From Eledone cirrhosa (lineage: Eukaryota): DNA of 64,000 nucleotides. The stretch lies in NCBI GenBank assembly GCA_964016885.1, contig OZ024747.1, positions 17,174,001-17,238,000 of the forward strand. The letters run 5' to 3'. The position numbers were made by a program, and so were the translations under genes. Shown here in pieces: positions 28,050 to 43,349 of this stretch; position 1 is the stretch's first letter, and each line of letters begins with the position of its first letter. Under the pieces are notes generated by a model. That model searched no databases. It worked only from the letters and a program-made list of their open reading frames with translations, and had not been told where the DNA came from.

Positions 28050-30855
28050 GCAAATCCCCAAAATATATATTGAAAGCTACATAGTGGTGTTTTCATATCA
28101 TTGACATCCATAGAATAACACAATTTGATTTTAATGAATAGTCTATTTTTTCTCCACAAGAAGAAATGAATGATTTCAAATGAATAGTGAGACTTGAACG
28201 ATAGAAATATTGTGGTACCCATTCAAGAACTTGCGAACTTATGTAACCACACGAGGATAATTTAATAGAGATGTCGTAGTTATATCTCACAGGTTTTAAG
28301 AAAACAAAGAAATATTTTTCTAGGCATCAGTTCTGATCTATATATATCTTCATGGTAGCTCAGCCTACAATAGACATATACATTGAAGTAGAGTGATATG
28401 GCAGTCATAAAACTTAAGCCCCTACACGTTTTGTCATCTTAGCCAGATATTAAGTGGCATAACCTACTGAAATATTTACAACTTACTCAGCTTACTCAAA
28501 TACCTTATCTGTATTCCCCCTCTAAATGACACAGAACACATCTCAATTGACAAATGTTTATTATTTTTCTTCCAATCTCCATAATAATTATTGTAAAATT
28601 ACATTCATTTATTTTCTGTCAAAATTCTGAATTTCATCTATCGCTTAGCTATTGCTTTTGAGATTCTACTTACTTTTTATTATAATACTCTTTGTTCACC
28701 ATCGGCATTTTCTCCCCCTGTTTATTCAATGCTAAGAGATGTTTAGCATGCCATTCACTAGAATTGCTCTGCCTGCATCATGCTTCAGTTGTCAATTTTC
28801 TTTTCTCGGTTGTGACATTTCTATATTATTGTATTTTCACACAGCAAAAGCCTTTTGTAATCAACATAGCATAATCACTTTTGCCAACAGTACTATTTAT
28901 TGAACGATATGTTTTACTTTATTTTTAATTTTAAACGTTTTCAGTATTGCCAGCTGAATTTTTTTTTAATGTTTGAATTCTACAAGAGGTATTTTGTAAA
29001 TACTACATAATTAATATGAATATAGATTTCCTTGATTTCTGTCACAAGCTCAGAAGAGTAGAAAGTATGTAGAAATGGAACCATGAAATTCATGCTAGTG
29101 TTATAGTTAAAACTACTCCTAAAGATATTATTATCCTGTCGAGGAATTTAATAATTAATGTTACTAAAGGCGAAGTCTATAATGTCATTTTATAAGGCTC
29201 AGTTGTGTCTTTACATTTCAACGTTACATATGATCGAAAACAGAGGTACAATTTTACACAATAAATATGCTATAAATAGTAGTGATTCGTTATAAATAGC
29301 ATTCTTATGTTGAATGTATATATGATGAAATAGATAGTTGCACATGATGACATGGAAAACTGCGACAATTGGTCAATGAAACATGAGGGTAAGAACACGA
29401 GTTGTTCTTTATTGCAATTTATTTCACATAATCTAGGTTTTTATAAATTAATTAAATACTCATTAATTATACTTTTGTCTCTGTTCACATCCATATGCAT
29501 ATTTTCATTCTTCACAGTCAGGAATTTGTAAAATGTAGTGTTTTACGCGCGGCATTTTATTTGTTTTTATAAATGCTTTTTAATGTATGGCTAGTGGTAT
29601 AAATTATACTACTGCCTACTCCAGAGTTACTGTAGGATTTTAGTTCTACACTGCAGTTAATCTATCCTTGGCATTTGTTGATATCGAGAATTTGATTCCA
29701 TGAAATGATCTGTGTTTTAAGATGGCTGCATACGCCTATATAAAACGCAATGGAATGCTGATATCAGAGATGTCGGAATTAGAAGGCCAGTGGTTCATTC
29801 TGTTAGCCTGTTCTTCGGGGTTTCTTTCAGAAAAGTTGCAGGCAACGTAATATTCTTTCCTGCGATACATTCAATGCAAGGATCTGCTGGAAGTTTCTCA
29901 GCCAGAAGAGGACAGAATTAACCCAGAACATGTAGCTTATATGCTGTTCCACTTATTCATTCCACAGTTCAACACATTTAACAAATCATTTCGAAATTCG
30001 TCTCCCATAAAATCCGATGATTGATCATGGAAATATATCTTTTTGTTGACGTTATATCAGCCAATTATGGCAAGCCTGTACAAATTTAAAGCAAAGTAGT
30101 GTTTATACATTTATCTGAAGATGTGATTTGTTACTACTCAGACATATGCATTTAGCCTACTAAACTACTTCAGAGAATATAGTTATATGTTCTTTAACAA
30201 TGAAGATATTGCAATATAAATAAAGTTTTTAAGAGAATCCATTGAACATTGAACACATTGTGACAAAACATTCCAGTCTTTGACTCTGTTACTAAAAAGT
30301 GAAATACTACAGTATAGTGTCCATTTTTTGTTTTATATTAATGCCGATAATTATTAAGAAATTATTTGGAAATTATAGCACTGAAGGGTTCTGTTCTTTG
30401 ATTTTAAACAGAGGAATAATCATAGTAATTATTGTAAAGCTTAAACAATAGGAAGCGATGGTTAGTAACAGCCAATTAAAAAAAAAATCATGGAATCACT
30501 CATATAATACAGAAGTTATCTTCATGCAAATAGACTCTTTAAAAAATAGTGAGAAAATTATAAATTCTCAATTTAACATGCACAGACGGATATCTCTATC
30601 TCTTTTGTTCTTTAATGAGACAATTTTATTTCTACATCAAAAATCCATGATGGGAACAATAAATTGACATTAAATATTACTATTGTATTCCTTTTGATTT
30701 ATCATTATTCTGATAATTCTAAATTATATGAAAGCCTCCACATTTACAAATTAATTTCATAAAAGTTGTTTCATAAAATAATATATCAAACGAAAATTAA
30801 TTTGGTGTAGTGATGATTTCGTTCTGCAAGATATTCATTCTATCACAAAATTATA

Positions 30856-30909
<54 letters not shown>

Positions 30910-30976
30910 TATATATGTGTGTGTGTATATTTAGACGTATATATATATATATGTATATACATATGTATATATATAC

Positions 30977-31062
<86 letters not shown>

Positions 31063-32537
31063 GTGTGCATGCTTGCACATATGTATTTTTGTATAAGATT
31101 GTGTTCATAAATTTGAAACCAAAACAATATCTGTATTTGTTTATTGTTTTTTTTTTATTATTTGACTTAACATTCAAATATGTTATGCTTCCTTTTGATT
31201 ATAAAAACCAACAAATTATCGTCACAAAAGAAAACCTTGTTTACCTAATCAAATATAAAAAACAAATCAATGTAACTTTAATACATTCAATATCTCATTT
31301 ATTGGGTTTTAGTTTTGTATATTTCTACTAATGCTGAGGGTTGCGTACAGAGATAGTTTTTAATGACCAAAGTTTATTTTCGGTTTCTCTGATATCATAT
31401 GAATGAATGATTAATGATCACATTTGTTTTGCCACCAAGTTAGAATAAAACTGTTAGTCGGAAGAAAGTATGTTTTTCTCATTAAATCTACCACACATAG
31501 GAATATAGGGTATTCCTCTATTCCATACATTTTTTTTTTTTGCTAGATTTAATTACACTCAGCCACCAGCCGTTTCGTCTGAAGTGTTAAACGCTACAAG
31601 ACGTAATACAAAGAGGGAGCCTCTATGTGGCCATACAACCGGTTAGAAACACCATCCAATTTTCCATTGTGGGACTCTTACTATTTTATAAAATATACCT
31701 TTAATCGTGTTATCCTTGACATAATATTGTTGAAAATAAGATTGGAGCCTGATCTGCAAGACTAACAAAACTACACATCTGCTCACTCATGCAGTACAGT
31801 CTCAAAACATCTAAATACTCATCAAATATAGTACCGTTGATCCCGATAATCCATCAAATACCAAGATGATAATAGGTCTGCACAATTAATTTGGTGTATA
31901 GCAATTCAACATTATCCCATGATACCTGCTTAGACCTACTTGATCATTGGAACGCAGAACATGTAATACGATATTATATTGCCAACCAGAATGTGAAATT
32001 CGAATCCTGCTGAAATCTACGTGACCATCTATATTTACGTGCTTGATGAAATACACTAGCAAATTTGTATTAGGGTAATTTTAATTGACAATACTTCTTT
32101 TACTCTATGTATTTACACACACACAGTCGGTAGATTTTGCTAGTAAAATTAGTCCAACGATTCTTTCCTGAGACATTGTAACCTCATGCCCGTAATATAG
32201 GAACTGTGATCTATCAATTTGGAGAAGTAGCGCCTCTATCTGAAGGAACTCTCTATTCTCCAAGCTACGCAATCTATCTAATACTGTTACTCCCCCTCTT
32301 GACCCTTCAAATTAACCAACATCCGACAGGCTTCCAAACAGTTTCTGTATATCCAATCCCACTCACAATCGTTCAGCTGAGTTGATGCATTTGGAAAAAA
32401 GTGTCTTTTCTAAGATGCCGAGTAATAGGATCGAACAGGGAACCTTATTATTGTGAAGTGAAATTTATTATTCTATGTTGCCTCTTCTACTAGCATCATA
32501 TGATAAATATAAATATTGTCCAACTAAATAGAATAGG

Positions 32538-32676
<139 letters not shown>

Positions 32677-32847
32677 CGTACACAGTTTATACAATAGTTA
32701 ATTGAAAAATACGCGCCAACTGACAAATATTGATTATTTTGGCGAATTTAATTTTTGCAACACAAAAGCTGAATTGGCAGGAATCAGATGTTACGTAATT
32801 TGTTTTTACACTTTACAATATAAATATAAATCACAAACGCGCACGCT

Positions 32848-32904
<57 letters not shown>

Positions 32905-33760
32905 CACTATTTGTCATCTTAACTTATTTTTCAATTATAATCGATGTAATACATTTATGTTTTATTATATATATATATATATATATTGCCCTCTTTTGCA
33001 AACCAAATGACAGTGATGACATGAAACCCAATCTATTTCTGACAATGATTATTGGTCTTCTTACAATCTATATTCATCTGGTTTGCTTAAAGGAGTTCAT
33101 CACACTGACCATCACACTGACCAAACTAACATCACTCACGGTGTTGCTTTTAGCATATATCTAATTCAGCATAGCTAAATTCCTCAAGATATTAAGTAAA
33201 TGTATAAGTCATTTAAACATCTTATCATTCTTTTTTACGTTAAATTCTTATACAGACACGTTGCCACACATTTGGGGAAAATATCAATATTGTCGGTTTT
33301 GTGTACTCCAAAATATGTATGATACACGTTTTATCACCCCATGAAAGTGAAAAGGTAAAATTAGCTTCGAAAGTTATTTGAACACAAACCATATGCATTT
33401 CCTCTCGCAATTGTTAAATATTTATATCGATATACAGATGTATTATATGTTCAGAGTGTGTATGTGTACGAAGACACGTGTGTATGTTTATGCCTGTATA
33501 TTAGTGTTGATAATATTTCTTTACTTACTAGATTCCACAACTGGAATGCGACCATGCTGAGGCACCGCTTACAATGTTATTTTGTTAGAGCTTCCACACA
33601 TATATACTTACATATTTACATACATAAGCATACATTTATACACACACCCATACTCCGGTGTTCCATTTGCAGGTCCATACACATGGCACAAACAGGCCCT
33701 CGTCTGATATATTTCATAATTGAACTGTTTCGTCTGCTTTGTTATAAATGTATATATATA

Positions 33761-33903
33761 TAGGAACGAGTAAGACCCCGACGAAACGGCTTGAGCTCAG
33801 CCGTCGGGGTCTTACTCGTTCCTATTACCCACTCTACTACCCTAAGTATTGAGTACTTTGGTGCGTTATGGTCCACCTGGTTCCTTACCACATTTCCTTC
33901 GTT
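33761..33903 (+). mobile_element. Family-B element: 23-bp inverted arm plus 78-nt tail, inside (TA)n
   Basis: TAGGAACGAGTAAGACCCCGACG / CGTCGGGGTCTTACTCGTTCCTA. Confidence 0.8.
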
Positions 33904-34115
33904 ATATATATATATATATATATATACATGGTCTGCTTCCATATAATTTATGTCTATAGTTTTCCAATCACAATGCGTTGGTTAACATTAAGCTGCACTC
34001 GAGTATGATACAAAGCTAATTTGAACGTGCATTAACTTGCTTACAAAACAAAATTCTGAGACACACAACTATGCCTGCTTAGAATGTAGACCATTAAAGG
34101 TATATTTAGGTGTAC

Positions 34116-34152
<37 letters not shown>

Positions 34153-34943
34153 CGTCTCCCCGTCGTGTAAAATCAATTAAAAGTCAATAACAATTTTCTT
34201 CCTAATAATTATGTGTTGCAAAACAAATTTGTCTGGAATATATGAAAAACGTTTCGTGTAAGTCTACGTCAGTCTGTTGGTATATTTGTCTCACCGTCCT
34301 TGTTCTTTCCACTTTGTTTTACAGTTTCGATTACATCTTTCACTTGTTTGAACAATTACGTTTACCATTATGGGTTTACTTCCAGACAGAATCTGTTTGT
34401 TTGTTTTTTTGTTGTTGTTTTTTCTTTGAATGAATTTCTTACGAGATAATATTTATCATGGACTACGTGATATTGGTATAATTGGGAAAATGATCATGGG
34501 TGAAATATATACTTCATTGAATTGACAAATCTATAAGATTAGTATCTACCTTTTCAATTCAGTGTGTTACAGAATCCTTACAGATGTGTTCATACAACGT
34601 TTCATGGTATCTAGTTGTATATCGTAGAGATCTAAGTTCAAATCTCACAGAGTCGATTAATTAAGCACTATCAAGGTTTAAGATCGACAAGTTCTTATGT
34701 CTTGCTCTTTAAAAACTGCCAGGTGAAATCTTTAATGAATCAGTGAAGCCATTTATTGTGGTAAGTATGTAATTAGAGCATCATTGAAGACGGGCATCAC
34801 ACGTACTTTGAGTAGCGGAGACATGTGTAACATTGTACACTGGCCTTCGAAGAAAAATGTTTAGTTACATTTTAATGATCTCTGTATTGTATAGATATAC
34901 AATGACACGCACATAACTACTTAGAATTATTTACTATAATGTA

Positions 34944-35125
34944 GCGATGGATTGGCAGTATCGGTAGAGGGTCGGACGCCATGCTTTCCAGCATAGTTAC
35001 GTCCCTTTACGATCTGAGTTCAAATCTCGCCGAGATTGACTTTGCCTTTCATCTTTACGGAGTCGATAAAATATAGTACCAGTAATGCACTGGGTAATTG
35101 CTGGCCTTGTGCCTAAAGTAGAAAC
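34944..35125 (+). mobile_element. SINE family 1 with a 19-bp TSD
   Basis: AATTATTTACTATAATGTA at 34925-34943 and 35126-35144. Confidence 0.92.
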
Positions 35126-37149
35126 AATTATTTACTATAATGTATAGCTCTATATTGTCGATAAAAGGGAAACGAACTCTCTATACTAGTGATGTCAAGG
35201 ATGAGAAATATGTTAAAACAACAATGAAAACATTTCCAGGGTGACAACTGCCGAGGGGTTTATTCCTACGCAATTCTGTTTACTACACTTTAAATCAAAA
35301 ATATCTTTTGGCCAGAGCTATACCCCCACCACATATAAAGTTGTAAAAAAGAATAGTAGTGGCGAATGAGAATTAAAATTGATATAAATAAATGATGCTC
35401 CTCTTTCCTTTATGCCCCAAGCAAATGTTTATTTTGATTAATCCAGCGCTACATCGAAATACAATCGTTGCTCAAACTAATAAAAATAGCAACTAATTAG
35501 CTTCAAATGCTGCCTTCGAAAACATGAGGCCCATTGCATACTGTTATCCTGGATGCACTTTATCTGAAAGGAATGTCTTGAAGGTCTTAACTGGTGGATG
35601 TTGATCATAGGTTTTCTTAAGTAGAGATACGTTGGAGATAAACATCAACAAGATTATTTCTTCCAGTCAAATCTAATTTTATTCATCCTTTGTTATTTTT
35701 ATTTGTGTTTTTGTTTGTTTACCCAATCTTTATTCAATTCGACTAATTGATATTCTAAAGTAATTACAATTTGTTTACGACTTTTGATGACTGAAATAAA
35801 GATTGGTGCTTGAGAGCTCCTGAGAAAATTAGCAAAATCCGAATTATAAATTATATAATATGTCTTTGTGTCACGTTTTAAGTGAAATAAATAATTGTTT
35901 CTACTTTAGGCACAAGGCCAGCAATTACCCAGTGCAATGGATGTCAAAATAAATTTAACAGAAGAAAGAATAGTTTCCAACTAGACAAACTAGTGCAGTT
36001 TGTTTATTACACGACAGCGACAATAATTTACTGAACTAAGCAGCCAAAGAAGATTCAATAATGAAGTTACGCTTGAAATTATAAATATAGATTTGCACAT
36101 TGGAATACATGATAGGGTTTCGAAATAGGTGTTTGGGATTATTTTAGTTTTTAGCTTCTACAATTTGAAATAAAAATAGATTCCTGTGATGATTTTGGTA
36201 GGATATAATAGGAAATAACGGAATAAACTTGGGTTCGATATATGAACTGTGCGTTGTTATAAATTATATCTATTATAAATATGCAATAAACCTTTATCAT
36301 TTAGCTACGTCTGAAAAGAAATATTGAAAATTATAGTTGGAAGAAAGCAAAACCTTAATTCTACTTACCTAGTTTATATCTATGAACCCGAATAAACTAT
36401 TTAAAGAAAGAGATATGAATTTTTATGTTGATACACGAATAGCTATTGGTAAAGATAAACTATACTTGAGTAAATTTAGCCAGTATCTAAGTGTTGATTC
36501 TGGTTGGTTGAATACCAAATTTGATACCGCCAATTGATTTTAGTTTTATGATTTTGTAGTACCTTAGAATGTTAACACAGAAATATAATTAATTCAAATA
36601 CTTTACCATGTTCAGGAAACTGCAATAACCGCCAAATGAACTGTAATGTTAGCAGTAAATAACCTTCTACAATGCCAAAACAATAACTTGAATTCAGTTA
36701 CTAACAGATAACTATTCAATTTATACCGACGAAATCCATTGAAAAGACATGAACGTTGCAACTTTCTTTTCCCCATCCTATAGAATATATAGTGTTTGTG
36801 CATATTCAAAATAGCAATAGTATCTACATGTTAATTCTCCAACACAAACGAAGGCGACAGCGATGGTGCCTCTTTACATCAGCTCAACTAAACAGAATTA
36901 GGTATATTTTGTTTCTTTCATATCATTTCCAGAGGCGTTAGCAAATATTAATCTAAATTCATATTTGGGGGGAAATAATATATTAAGATATAAATATCGC
37001 TCAGATGAAAAGACATACGTAATAAAGACCATATATCTGCGTGTGTGTGTGCGCGTGTTGTGTGTCAGTGTGTGTGTATGTATATATATATATATGTGGG
37101 GGGGGGTATGTGTGTGTGTGTGTGTGTGTGTGTATGTGAGTGCATGTGA

Positions 37150-37222
<73 letters not shown>

Positions 37223-38549
37223 GGTGTGTGTGTGTGTGTTTGGGTGGGTGTGTTTGCGCGCGCGCGTATGTGTGTATATAATGCATATAGACATTTATAA
37301 TATGCATTTTCCACCTTTTATTCCATTTTCCTTCAACAACACATTTAGCTGCTATTATGTTAATTTTAAAATTGCCAGAATATTATTAATTATGGAAATC
37401 CAAGCAGGTCTGCATAATATTTTACTGACAGAAATATTATTAGAAAGTTATCGAGAATTCAGCTGTATTCGTATACTTCCAGTTAACCTTTCCTAGACTA
37501 CCGGCCTGTAGTCAATGTTTATACAATTCTCACAAATCTCTGTTTCTCTTGTCTGCAGATGATTACATCATAATATTTCAGAAGCATACATTCGTGGTAG
37601 CAAAGAATATAGAGATATATGTATGTATTATATGTAAGTAAATGCAATGGGTTTTTATGTGTGTTAGTCATCTATGTAAATCAATATATCATTGCTCTAA
37701 ATATGAATATATTCCCATCATTCAGTTCTCTGCAGAAATACTTTACGCAAGAAAGGTTTTTTTTTTTGGGGGGGGGGGGGGGTGTATTTGAGAAATAATT
37801 TCTCACATTCTTAATTCTTAATATATGTGTGAGTGTGTGAGTTTGTGATAGTGTGAATGTGTGTGTGCAGGCACGTAAAGCATTGTTTGGAGCACGGGTT
37901 TATAATCATGAGTTTGTAAATGTTATTCCCTGGCCGGAATATGCGCTGTGTTTTCAAGCTTGACACTATTTTAGGTTGTTCTAGTACAGTGGGCTAGAGA
38001 AATAAGTTGCTAGGTCAATGAAATCGAGTTGGATCGTTCTTCACCTTTCTCTTAGAAAACACTGTTGGTGTGGAGAAGGAAGACTAGCATGCATGGGCCA
38101 TAGATGCATTTTTTGGATAGGAGGGGAATATTATAGTTGCTACATATATTAAATAATCATCAAAATGAGATAGCAGAATATATTTCTTAAATCATTTAAT
38201 AGATTTGAAAATGTTTCAATAAATACTATTGTTGTTGAAGTCCTCAAAGACCCAACTTTTCTATTGGACCTGTTAAACACCAAGTCATTTCATAATCATT
38301 TATAGAGCTTCTGAAGATTTACAATTATGCTTTGGTGCATGCAATATTTTTCATCTTTGCCTAAATTAAAATAACATAGGTATATTTTAACAATATATAT
38401 TGAAACATTTGTAAAGATATTAAATAGTTTAAGAAATTTACTCTGTCATCTCATTGTGGTATATATACTCTGTGTCATATGTATCTAATTCTTTCTATTT
38501 TTATAACAACATCGCTTCTGAATTTCCGTTTCTATCTATAATTAAGGCC

Positions 38550-38838
38550 CCAATCGGTCACTAATGATGATGGTTATGCACCTAGAAGTTTTCCCTCTAA
38601 GGCAGATGCCTGAGTAAGGTTTGTTTTGTGGAAGACCAGCCACCCCCTCTCCACTCTACCGATGATGTTCAAGGGAAAGGCAATGACCGATACAGCTTCG
38701 CCCCAATGACGTCGCAACTCATTTCTACATCTTAGTAAACTGGAGCACCGTGAAATAGCGTGTCTTGCTCAAGGACACAACGAACTACCAACCTCTCAAT
38801 TGCAAACCCAATGCTCTAACCACTAGGCCATGCGCCTA
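38550..38838 (-). mobile_element. tRNA-derived SINE family 2
   Basis: Minus strand: AGGCGCATGGCCTAGTGGTTAGAGC head and GTGTCCTTGAGCAAGACAC motif. Confidence 0.75.
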
Positions 38839-39030
38839 TAATAACTGTTTCTACTTTTGGCACACGGCCAGCAATTACCCCAGTGCATTACTGGTACTAT
38901 ATTCTATCGACCCCTTAAAGATGAAAGGCAAAGTTAACCTCGGCGGGATTTGGACTCAGAACGCCAAGGGCCGTAACTCTATGCTGCAAAACTTGACATC
39001 CTGCCCTCTACCGATACTACCAATCCATGC
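38839..39030 (-). mobile_element. SINE family 1 abutting the head of the family 2 SINE
   Basis: Reverse complement of the family consensus. Confidence 0.87.
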
Positions 39031-40101
39031 ACTTATAATAAAGTAAACACATCGTACTTGAAAATATTAGTACCTGCCAGTATTAACGCTCTTTTGATTA
39101 AATGGATAGACCGGCACCACGACACCAATTCAATTGCTGCACAAAATCAATGCCCATCCAGTCACTCCATTACAAATGTTACAATAAGTAATCGTATGCG
39201 GCAACCCACACTCCACCCGAGTACACACAGGTACCCACGACACATCTTAAGCCTACTATATTACATAAGAGCCTAGTATTAGCTGTCGAACTGGTGAGAG
39301 CTCAGCCATCGCGCTCTGCCCGTTTCTAACATATATATTTTTTATACATATGTATATATATATATATTTTATACATATATATATATATATATTTATATAT
39401 ATATTTATATATATGTGTGTGTGTGTGTGTACGTTGTATAATGAGTGTGCGTGTAGTTTTATAGGAGGTTCCTTTAATTTTGTAGAGACGTACGTGCTTA
39501 TGGTTTCGTTTGGGAAAGAGTGAACAATCTTTCAACATATGCTTGACCGTGCGTGGTTCCGTTCAGGAACCAGTGACATAAAAACACGTACACATACAGT
39601 CATATGTCTCATGAGATAACATAAAAATCATCGTTTCTAAAACGGCGGAAATGTAATAAAATATTGTGCAAAAGAAATCAATATTATTATTACTATTATT
39701 TTATTACTGTTATTATCATTATTATTATTATTTTCTTTGTAAATGGATAATATATATTATAAAATCATAATCACACTATGACATTTTAAAACTATAATAA
39801 TAAATCTATTTTTGAAATCATATAAATAGAGAAAGTTCATTATTTTCTTGTATCAAAAGTCGTTTTTATGTAGTTTTAATTTAATCTAATATCTGTATGT
39901 ATTGTTTTTGATCTTATTCAAAATATGTTTTGTTATGTTCCATGGTTTTGTTCCGACTGAATTTAGCAACGTAGTTTGCTGAAAGAGCGTTAAATGTACA
40001 ATGGAGAAATATTATGTTCAAAGCGAACATCTGTTATTACACATATCAATTTAATTTAGATCATGGCATGTGTTGGCTGATTATATATATACACACTCAC
40101 G

Positions 40102-40223
<122 letters not shown>

Positions 40224-40242
40224 CACACACACATGCACACAT

Positions 40243-40373
40243 GTCCCTTTACGGTCTGAGTTCAAATCCCGTTGAGGTTAGCTTTGCTTTTCATCCTTAC
40301 GAGGTCGATAAAATAAAGTACCACTAATAGACTGGGATAATTGCTGGCCTTGTGCCAAAAGTAGAAACAATTA
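40243..40373 (+). mobile_element. 5'-truncated SINE family 1 after a long (CA)n tract
   Basis: Runs from the B-box to the tail. Confidence 0.85.
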
Positions 40374-40777
40374 TATATGCTACTTTAACTTACCGTTAAA
40401 CATCTTTGATTTTCTGTGTCTTTCTTATCCCTTCCCTAGTCTGTGATAGTTTACTAGCTCTATACGAACGGTTAAATTGGTTAAACAAAAAGATAAATAT
40501 ATAGAAATGCTTTCTCAAACATGAAATGCTACTTCACACCAACTAGCTCCTGATAATTTATGTAACCGTACACCTGAAATATTATACACGTTTTTAAAAT
40601 GATATACATGCATAGTGAGTGTCACTATGTTAGACTATATATATGTATTTATATCTGTATTTTTTACCGTTGGCCACTCAGTGACCAAATGAATTAACTA
40701 TGGAGATAGAAAAGATACAGAAACGAAAACCAACCAAACAGTGACTCTGTTCTGTTATTATTTCTGGCAATAATATT

Positions 40778-40808
<31 letters not shown>

Positions 40809-41631
40809 CACGGGTGTGTATGATTGTGTATAGAAGATTATATAATAAAAGGAATTCCAACTTTGTCTGATTAACTCGTTTTATTTACAATCCTTTAAAA
40901 TTGATAATGGTATTAGAATAAAATAGTATGGTAGAATATTAAATGTTAAGTGCTAATTGAACAAGTACTTTCATGCTTTCGCAATCTTCAGGTTCAAATT
41001 CTGTGGTGACAGTCAAGTTTGCATTTTTGAAAATTGCAAACTTCAATATATATATATATACAAATAGACGATCATTTTGTTATAAATTCAAATATTCTAA
41101 TAATGTTTATTTGGAATGAGATTGGTTTTTCTTTCTAGTTTACAATAAGTTGGGGAACGTTCTTGAGCTGGTTTTTCATTCTTCACAATATGTTATACCA
41201 ATTTCTCCCACACTAACCCCCTTACTTTTGCCACACACGCTCAATTCCATACTCCATTACTCAGTCACCCATTTATTTATTCAAATGTAGGACAGCGTTG
41301 TATTGTAATCACAATGCTCCAAAAAGGAGGAATATAAACAGAAACTACTGCACGATCGATTTATAAAGGCACGAAGGGAAAAATCAAAGACCTTGTTCTT
41401 GTATATATAAAAAAGGCAGGAGAAAAATAAATCACCAACAAAAGCAACACGCCATTACCATAATATAGACCAATGGAAAGATATAGAGGAAATACGAAAA
41501 ACAGAGCAGTGAAACAAAAAAAAGTAGAAAAGCGTAGAAACGAAAGCAAGAACTGATTCAAAAAAATATCTATCGGATATAAAATGGAGAATAATATTTC
41601 CGAAATGAATAACAGAAGAAAAGCAAAAGAA

Positions 41632-41695
<64 letters not shown>

Positions 41696-42239
41696 ATATA
41701 TATATATATATGCGCGCGTTATCAGCCAAGAACTGTCTGCTATTACAGCCTTTTCTGTTGGTGGTGTTTTTTTATGTTTTGTTTCTTTTAAATATGATTA
41801 TAGGTTTTTTTTTCATATACTTACATCTTGTTACGTATTTTCGGTCGTTTATATTATTTAACGTTTTTTTTTCTTTAATATTTGTATATGCATATATCCA
41901 TTCTTTCCTTCTTTCTTCTGCTATTTATTTTATATATTTATTGTGTAATGAAAGGGGGAATCTCGTTATCCTCGTTAACTGATGTAGGTATACTGTAAGC
42001 ACAGCTACAATCAATAATAAGCAAGATAGCTGCCTGGAAGGAGCTAGGACATATTAAATGGCCAATCAAATCTACTCAGTTTAATGAACTTGATAGGAAT
42101 ACCACATGGAAAAGAGTGTTTTGTCTTTCTCGAGCGAAAATTGCCGAAAATCGAATACTTTCTAAAATACTTATATATAGTTAACGATTTCTTTCCTATT
42201 TGAGATTACGTGGTTCTCGTTTCTTATTCCTAGACAATA

Positions 42240-42308
<69 letters not shown>

Positions 42309-42445
42309 ATACATATATACGCATATATATATACATATATATATATATACATATACAAGTATATACATATATATACATATATATATATAAATTCATATAT
42401 ATATATACGTATATACACATATATATTTACATATATATATATATA

Positions 42446-42642
42446 TAGGAAAAAGTATGACCCCCGACGACAGAGCTCAAGCCGTTTCGACGGCTATTTC
42501 TGGACTCGAGTCCAGAATTAGCCGTCTAAACGGCTTGAGCTCTGCCGTCGGGGGTCATACTTTTTCCTATTTCCCACTATACTACCCTAAGTATTGAGTA
42601 CTCTGGTTATCGTCCATCTGGTTCCTTACCACAATTCCTTTG

Positions 42643-42644
<2 letters not shown>
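42446..42644 (+). mobile_element. Family-B element: palindrome of about 62-bp arms centred on CTCGAG, plus 74-nt tail
   Basis: Arms 42446-42507 and 42508-42570; flanked by (TA)n. Confidence 0.82.
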
Positions 42645-42679
<35 letters not shown>

Positions 42680-42747
42680 TATATATGTATATATATATAT
42701 ATATATATGTATGTATATATGTATATATATACATACATATATGTGTG

Positions 42748-42817
<70 letters not shown>

Positions 42818-42832
42818 TATGTGTGTGTGTGT

Positions 42833-43065
42833 TAAGTATTTCCGTAGAAAAGGTAAAAGAAAGAAGAGTGCTCTATGTATAGTACAGAGTTATTTAATTC
42901 CATAATAAACAACACAATAATATTATTCCATTACCAAAGGTTTCAAGAGACTCGGCGATCCTTACAGAAACGTCCAGCCCGTTCATCAGATGAAATATAT
43001 AAATATTTCGTGAAACCTTTTGTAATGGAATACATATATTGTGTTGTTTATTATGCAATAATAAT
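42833..43065 (-). mobile_element. PLE-terminus-like element (family E) with inverted arm and tail
   Basis: CATAATAAACAACACAATA...ATTCCATTACCAAAGGTTTCA inverted at 43010-43055; microsatellite flanks. Confidence 0.7.
42925..42996 (-). ncRNA. Type I hammerhead ribozyme
   Basis: Minus strand: AUUUCAU CUGAUGA [about 38 nt helix II] GAAACC UUU GGUA/ AUGGAAU; 7-bp helix I, 3-bp helix III. Confidence 0.75.
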
Positions 43066-43089
43066 AATTATATATATATATATATGCTG

Positions 43090-43210
43090 AAGGCGCATGC
43101 CTGGGTGGTAAGGGAATCGGATTCCAAATCGTGAGGTTGTGTGTCCGATTCCTGGACCGGGTGATGCGATATGTCCTTGAGCAAGACACTTTATTTCACG
43201 TCGCTCCTCT
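43090..43210 (+). mobile_element. SINE family 2, 5' fragment
   Basis: AGGCGCATG head and TGTCCTTGAGCAAGACACTTTATTTCACG. Confidence 0.7.
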
Positions 43211-43308
43211 TACCAGAAGTTGCGACCGTTAGATAGTATTATAAATTTGAAAGATCAACGGAAACATTGTTTCCTCGGTCCGATTTGACGAGAGTCGATC
43301 GACTATCG

Positions 43309-43349
<41 letters not shown>

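Noticed and set aside
29720-29990. More GC-rich stretch after TTTTAAG, a possible exon
   Set aside because: No recognisable protein in any frame and no convincing donor; needs RNA-seq.
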